A DNA stretch of 64,000 bases, taken from the NCBI GenBank assembly GCA_963848135.1, contig CAWKCK010000005.1, positions 124,001 through 188,000 of the forward strand. Reading direction: 5' to 3'. The position numbers and the translations under genes were made by a program. The notes under the pieces were generated by a model. It ran no database searches, was not told where the DNA came from, and saw nothing but the letters and a program-made list of their open reading frames with translations. This document shows positions 60,060 through 64,000 of this stretch, piece by piece; within the stretch, counting starts at the first letter, position 1; every line of letters begins with the position of its first letter. The DNA comes from an uncultured delta proteobacterium (lineage in GTDB: Bacteria; Desulfobacterota; Desulfobacteria; Desulfobacterales; SG8-13).

Positions 60060-61235
60060 ATGAAAATCATCAACCTGGATCACATATCTTCCAAGCCGCT
60101 GCTGGCCGAAGTGAAAGCAGCCATGATCGAAGCCATAAACAAAGACTATCACAATCCCTCCAGTCAGCATAAAAGCGGAGAGGTGGCAGCCGAGGCCCTC
60201 GATCATGCCCGGCAGTCGGTTGCCAGCCTGATCAATGCGGCTCTGCCCAAGGAGGTGGTATTCAACTCCGGTGGCACCGAGTCGGTCAATCATGCCATCA
60301 AAGGCGTGGCCATGGCCAATGCCGAAAAAGGCAAGCATATCGTCACCTCGAACATCGAGCACAATGCCGTTATCAGGAGTCTTCGCCGGCTCAAATCGAT
60401 GGGGTATAAGATGACCTCGGTATCCGTGGACGAGAAGGGTCGCGTCAATCCACAGGAAGTGGCTGAGGCCATCACTGACGAAACGATCCTGGTCTCGATC
60501 ATGCACAGCAACAACGAAACCGGGACCATTCAGCCCATCGAGGAAATCGGTGCCATCACCCGCCAAAAGAAGGTGATCTTTCACACCGATGCCGTCGATT
60601 CCGTCGGCGTGGTTCCGATCGATGTCCAGAAAATGGGTGTCGATCTGCTCAGCTTTGCCGCCAACAACTTTTACGGTCCCACCGGTGTTGGTGGGCTGTA
60701 CGTCCGTCGCGGCACGCGTATTTTCCCCCTGATCGACGGCGGTGTCCAGGAAGGCAACAAGCGGGCCGGGACCGAGAACCTGCTCGGCATCATCGGCGCG
60801 GGTGTCGCCGCCGATGTCACCCTCCGTAACCTCGATCAATGGTACAACCACTACAAAACGCTCACGACCAAACTGCTGAATGACCTGCCCGAGTACATAA
60901 GCGATTACATCATCAACACCCATCCCGAACACAGCCTTCCCAACATGGTTTCGATGTCAGTGCAATACATCGAGGGTGAAAGTGTCATGCTGATGCTTGA
61001 TGACGACGACATTGCCGTATCCACGCGCTCGGCCTGTGCCACCGGTTCCCTGCGGGCATCCCACGTCCTGATTTCCCTGGGCCTCAGTCATGCAGACGCC
61101 CAGGGGACTCTGGTGCTGTCCTTCGGTAAAGACAACACCGAGGAAGATGTGACGGCATTTCTGCTCGCACTGAAAAACGTGGTCACAACGCTGCGTGACA
61201 TCTCACCGCTCTACCAGAAAGTTGCACGAGGATAA
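60060..61235 (+). CDS. IscS/NifS-family protein lacking the PLP lysine
   Basis: NPSS, SGGTES.N, IEH, NNETG, RAGTEN, SACATG; SFAANNFYGP replaces S.HKFYGP. Confidence 0.88.
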   Translation: MKIINLDHISSKPLLAEVKAAMIEAINKDYHNPSSQHKSGEVAAEALDHARQSVASLINAALPKEVVFNSGGTESVNHAIKGVAMANAEKGKHIVTSNIEHNAVIRSLRRLKSMGYKMTSVSVDEKGRVNPQEVAEAITDETILVSIMHSNNETGTIQPIEEIGAITRQKKVIFHTDAVDSVGVVPIDVQKMGVDLLSFAANNFYGPTGVGGLYVRRGTRIFPLIDGGVQEGNKRAGTENLLGIIGAGVAADVTLRNLDQWYNHYKTLTTKLLNDLPEYISDYIINTHPEHSLPNMVSMSVQYIEGESVMLMLDDDDIAVSTRSACATGSLRASHVLISLGLSHADAQGTLVLSFGKDNTEEDVTAFLLALKNVVTTLRDISPLYQKVARG

Positions 61236-61569
61236 CTGACCGTGCCGTTGAACAGCATAAATCCGCCGCAACACTGCTTGTCTCTCCACCAGGCAGACTG
61301 GGCGCTTGTCCGAACTCTGGAGCCCCAACTCGTGGCCATGGGCCTGCGAGATTTATACCGCTTTTCAAAAATAGATTCTGATAAACAGAAGGATGGTATA
61401 AGTGGTTGGTGAAAAGAACGGTCGAATAACGGAACGTTCTTTTGACAACCACTATATCAACCGTCCGGTAGTAGAAGTTCCTACCGTTTCATCGTTATCC
61501 CATTGTCATTGTTACGATCAACTGAGAAGGAATGCCGAGGACGTCAAAGCAAACGCACGGTGGGAATAA

Positions 61570-62004
61570 TCAGGGGTTTCCCATGCAGACGGTTTTGATG
61601 ATCGGTTCGAAATCGGGCCGAATGTCGACAAGATCCTTTAGGCGACGCTTGTCGAAAATGGTTTCCAATGTCGGCGGTTGAAGCTTGATATCAACTTCCT
61701 TGGCGACCGATTCTACCGTCACCGAAAGCGCATAAAGGGTCATTTTTTCGAACATGTCATTTTCCTGGATATCGATACTGTCCCCTTCCAGGTGACGCAA
61801 AATTTCCGAGACGCATGTAGACAGAACCGGGTCGGCAGTAAATTTGGCCTTGCGACAATGTCCCGCTTCGAAATTCGCATCCAGAAAATCATCGACCATC
61901 TTCTGAATTCGGATCAGCCATTCAGAACTGAGATTCTGGGGCAGAACCGCTTGGGGGCCTTTCGACAAGACTTCGTTGCTAAATTTTGATAGTAGCATGG
62001 GCAT
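61570..62004 (-). CDS. Hypothetical protein
   Basis: 144-aa ORF with AGGA upstream. Confidence 0.7.
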   Translation of the reverse strand: MPMLLSKFSNEVLSKGPQAVLPQNLSSEWLIRIQKMVDDFLDANFEAGHCRKAKFTADPVLSTCVSEILRHLEGDSIDIQENDMFEKMTLYALSVTVESVAKEVDIKLQPPTLETIFDKRRLKDLVDIRPDFEPIIKTVCMGNP

Positions 62005-62055
62005 ATTCCTGTAATCTGGCGGAGCCGGTCATCTGACCGTTTCGTGACCCTCACT

Positions 62056-62203
62056 TAGTAGCTGTTGAAAAACAATTGCGCTTGACAATACGGCGTTAAT
62101 GGCTGAATCGCGGGGCCCTACCCCCGCTTCAGCGAAGTCGAGGACTTGAAGCGAGGAGCCAACGTAGAGATTGGGCTAAAAAACTTTTTTGAGATGACTT
62201 CTA
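62056..62203. repeat. MITE-like element related to family B
   Basis: Right end (reverse complement TAGAAGTCATCTCAAAAAA) matches the 31718 end. Confidence 0.6.
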
Positions 62204-62216
62204 ATGAATTGGCCAC

Positions 62217-62651
62217 TTATTTAGTGGGAAAGACCAATCGGTCCAGAATCAGACCGTAAAATCGGTCACTACCCTCAGAAACAAAGAGCCAGCCGATATG
62301 GACCAGGCATGCACGGCAGACGGCAACTTTCCAACGATATCCTCTAAACCAGGTGAATTCTCCCGTGCCCGGGCCGGCAGTGCCGCATCCATCGGCTCTT
62401 CGAAAACACCCGATATCATATACGATCCCGTGAGGGTTGGCAAAGGTGTGGTGATAAGTGCCGTCCTTCTCGGTCCGCTCATCCGGATGCGTTACGGCAT
62501 GACCGCATTGGCGGCAGAGGATCAACTTCTCTTCCCGCTCTGCTGTTTCATGCCCAACCGCCTCTTCCGGACGCCCGACCGGCATACCCGGCGCCGGCTT
62601 ATCGCCCGGCAGGCGAAACCAATAGAGGATACCGCTGTCGGTCGCGTTCAT
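62217..62651 (-). CDS. Cereblon-like (CULT/Yippee-fold) protein; start uncertain
   Basis: CRQC...CRAC Zn site; NPHG, FTWF.GY.W, HIGW.F. Confidence 0.88.
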   Translation of the reverse strand: MNATDSGILYWFRLPGDKPAPGMPVGRPEEAVGHETAEREEKLILCRQCGHAVTHPDERTEKDGTYHHTFANPHGIVYDIGCFRRADGCGTAGPGTGEFTWFRGYRWKVAVCRACLVHIGWLFVSEGSDRFYGLILDRLVFPTK

Positions 62652-62774
62652 AACCGGTGCCTTCCATGGGTACCCGACCGCACCGTCCAGCACCCGTTTT
62701 GAGAGCGCTTTACATGCGATTCAACATCATTATATTCAAACCCAACCAAACAGAAAATCGAATCAAATAAAACG

Positions 62775-63329
62775 GTGACACGGATGAATAAACGTATCGT
62801 CCAGTTAGTTTTGGCATTGATTTTTCTCTTCAGCCAAACGGCCTTGGCCCCGGCCGAGGATCTCGACAACCGTTTCAATGAAATTGTCAGCCGACTTTAT
62901 CTAAACCATAGAAGCCTGTCCGTCGTCTACAACAAATTGCATGACGCCGCGCTCGAAGCCGTCAACGGATCCGACCAGCAGCTCGCCGCCATACAAAAAA
63001 CCTATCTATTTGTTAGCGAAGCCAACCTCGTGTGCCTCTCCCAGTGGGAGCTGCTTTCAATTATCGGATACATCAAAGACAGCCATCTGGCCGACTATTA
63101 CACGCTGCGAGTCAAGGGCCTGGATCGGGCTACTTTCGAATCACGGGATCGGCTTGTTTCCCTGAAACTATATTCCGCTGACATCGAAAACCCGGAACCG
63201 CGCGAGCTGATCGAAGAGGCCGTCGGCCTCATCGAGGCCAACATCTACATGTTTGAACAATTGGCAGACATTCTCAAACCCCTGGCCAACCCACCCAATC
63301 CTTTCACTCGCAGCCTGAAAAACTCCTGA
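62775..63329 (+). CDS. Hypothetical secreted helical protein
   Basis: Signal peptide, 184 aa. Confidence 0.7.
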   Translation: MTRMNKRIVQLVLALIFLFSQTALAPAEDLDNRFNEIVSRLYLNHRSLSVVYNKLHDAALEAVNGSDQQLAAIQKTYLFVSEANLVCLSQWELLSIIGYIKDSHLADYYTLRVKGLDRATFESRDRLVSLKLYSADIENPEPRELIEEAVGLIEANIYMFEQLADILKPLANPPNPFTRSLKNS

Positions 63330-63398
63330 CCCACACGTCAGCCGAGTATTACCATTCGTTTGAACGAAAAAGATCAACGCGAATGGGGAAATGTCAGG

Positions 63399-64000
63399 CT
63401 AAACATCGAGAGCCGACAACCCCAAGGCCTTACGTTTGTTTTCGATGCGCCGCCGAATCAACACAGCCGATTTTTCCGGATCCGGCTCCACCGCAAAGGT
63501 GGCGCCAACCGCGTCCTCGAGCCCCTCGGTCAGCAGCTTCACAACATTCATGCTTCCGGCAATGGGGGGCATGGGCCCCAGAACCGTGTATACCCCCGAG
63601 GCGACAAAATAGGCGCCGATGGATACGGCCTTTTCCGAGTACCACTCGGGAGCAGCACCGGCCAGGGGTAGATCACTGATGTCTGCCTCCAATGCGTTTG
63701 CCAGGGCCGCCGCCACCATCAATATCCTGACATTGTCAACGCAACTGCCCATATGCAGAACGGGCGGTACGCCCAATGCCTTGCAGATTTCCTTTAAACC
63801 CGGTCCGGCAGATTCCGCCGCTTCGGCAATTTTGAAACCCGCCTTGGCGGTCGCAATCGCCGCGCAGCCGGTATCGACCACAAGAATGTCGTTTTCGATC
63901 AGGCGCCGGGTAAGAGTGACGTGACCGTAGTCTTGCTTTATTTTCGGGTTGTTACACCCGACAATTCCCACAACTCCCCGAATTTTTCCCGCTTTAATCG
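63399..64000 (-). CDS. cooS: Ni-dependent CO dehydrogenase catalytic subunit, 3' part
   Basis: GIVGCNN, TGCA, PPVLHMGSCVDN.R, APEWYSEKAVSIG. Confidence 0.93.
   Translation of the reverse strand, partial: IKAGKIRGVVGIVGCNNPKIKQDYGHVTLTRRLIENDILVVDTGCAAIATAKAGFKIAEAAESAGPGLKEICKALGVPPVLHMGSCVDNVRILMVAAALANALEADISDLPLAGAAPEWYSEKAVSIGAYFVASGVYTVLGPMPPIAGSMNVVKLLTEGLEDAVGATFAVEPDPEKSAVLIRRRIENKRKALGLSALDV

Noticed and set aside
59865..60932. 355-aa antisense ORF, and similar ones at 10714-11493, 15193-15846 and 30389-31087
   Set aside because: Shadow frames opposite well-supported genes, with no motifs.
1..64000. CRISPR array, rRNA, prophage or integrase
   Set aside because: No regularly spaced repeat-spacer pattern, rRNA-like sequence or phage/integrase motifs seen; the repeats are dispersed MITEs.

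Overview
Bacterial window, most likely a sulfate-reducing Desulfobacterota genome (tetraheme cytochrome c3, Ni-CODH, hgcAB, many sigma54 promoters). The left ~29 kb is visibly more AT-rich and ends at the 3' side of tRNA-Glu(CTC). It holds an IS3 abutting a 5'-truncated IS1595-family transposase, a complete Flp/Tad pilus operon with accessory genes, a sensor-less sigma54 activator, at least six sigma54-type promoters, a candidate sigma54-driven ~220-nt sRNA, a c-di-GMP-I riboswitch and a group II intron 3' remnant. Several genes here carry single-base frameshifts that are probably read errors. The right ~35 kb is GC-richer core: mltB-like, radA, rlmE, yebC, nadA, lolA, a double-Zn-finger thioredoxin, a ZraSR-like two-component system, TPP riboswitch-thiMELD, hgcAB, rhomboid, cytochrome c3, a Tat-exported DUF362/polyferredoxin/aldo-keto reductase module, cutA, iscU with an atypical iscS, a cereblon-like protein and partial cooS, interspersed with several MITE families. 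Top observations: (1) hgcA extends 40 codons upstream of the ORF call through an in-frame Cys-UGA followed by a SECIS-like hairpin, predicting a selenocysteine-containing mercury methyltransferase; (2) the IscS homologue lacks the PLP lysine; (3) a putative sigma54/c-di-GMP circuit, including a candidate sRNA, surrounds the Tad island. All product calls come from motif recognition; no database searches were run.
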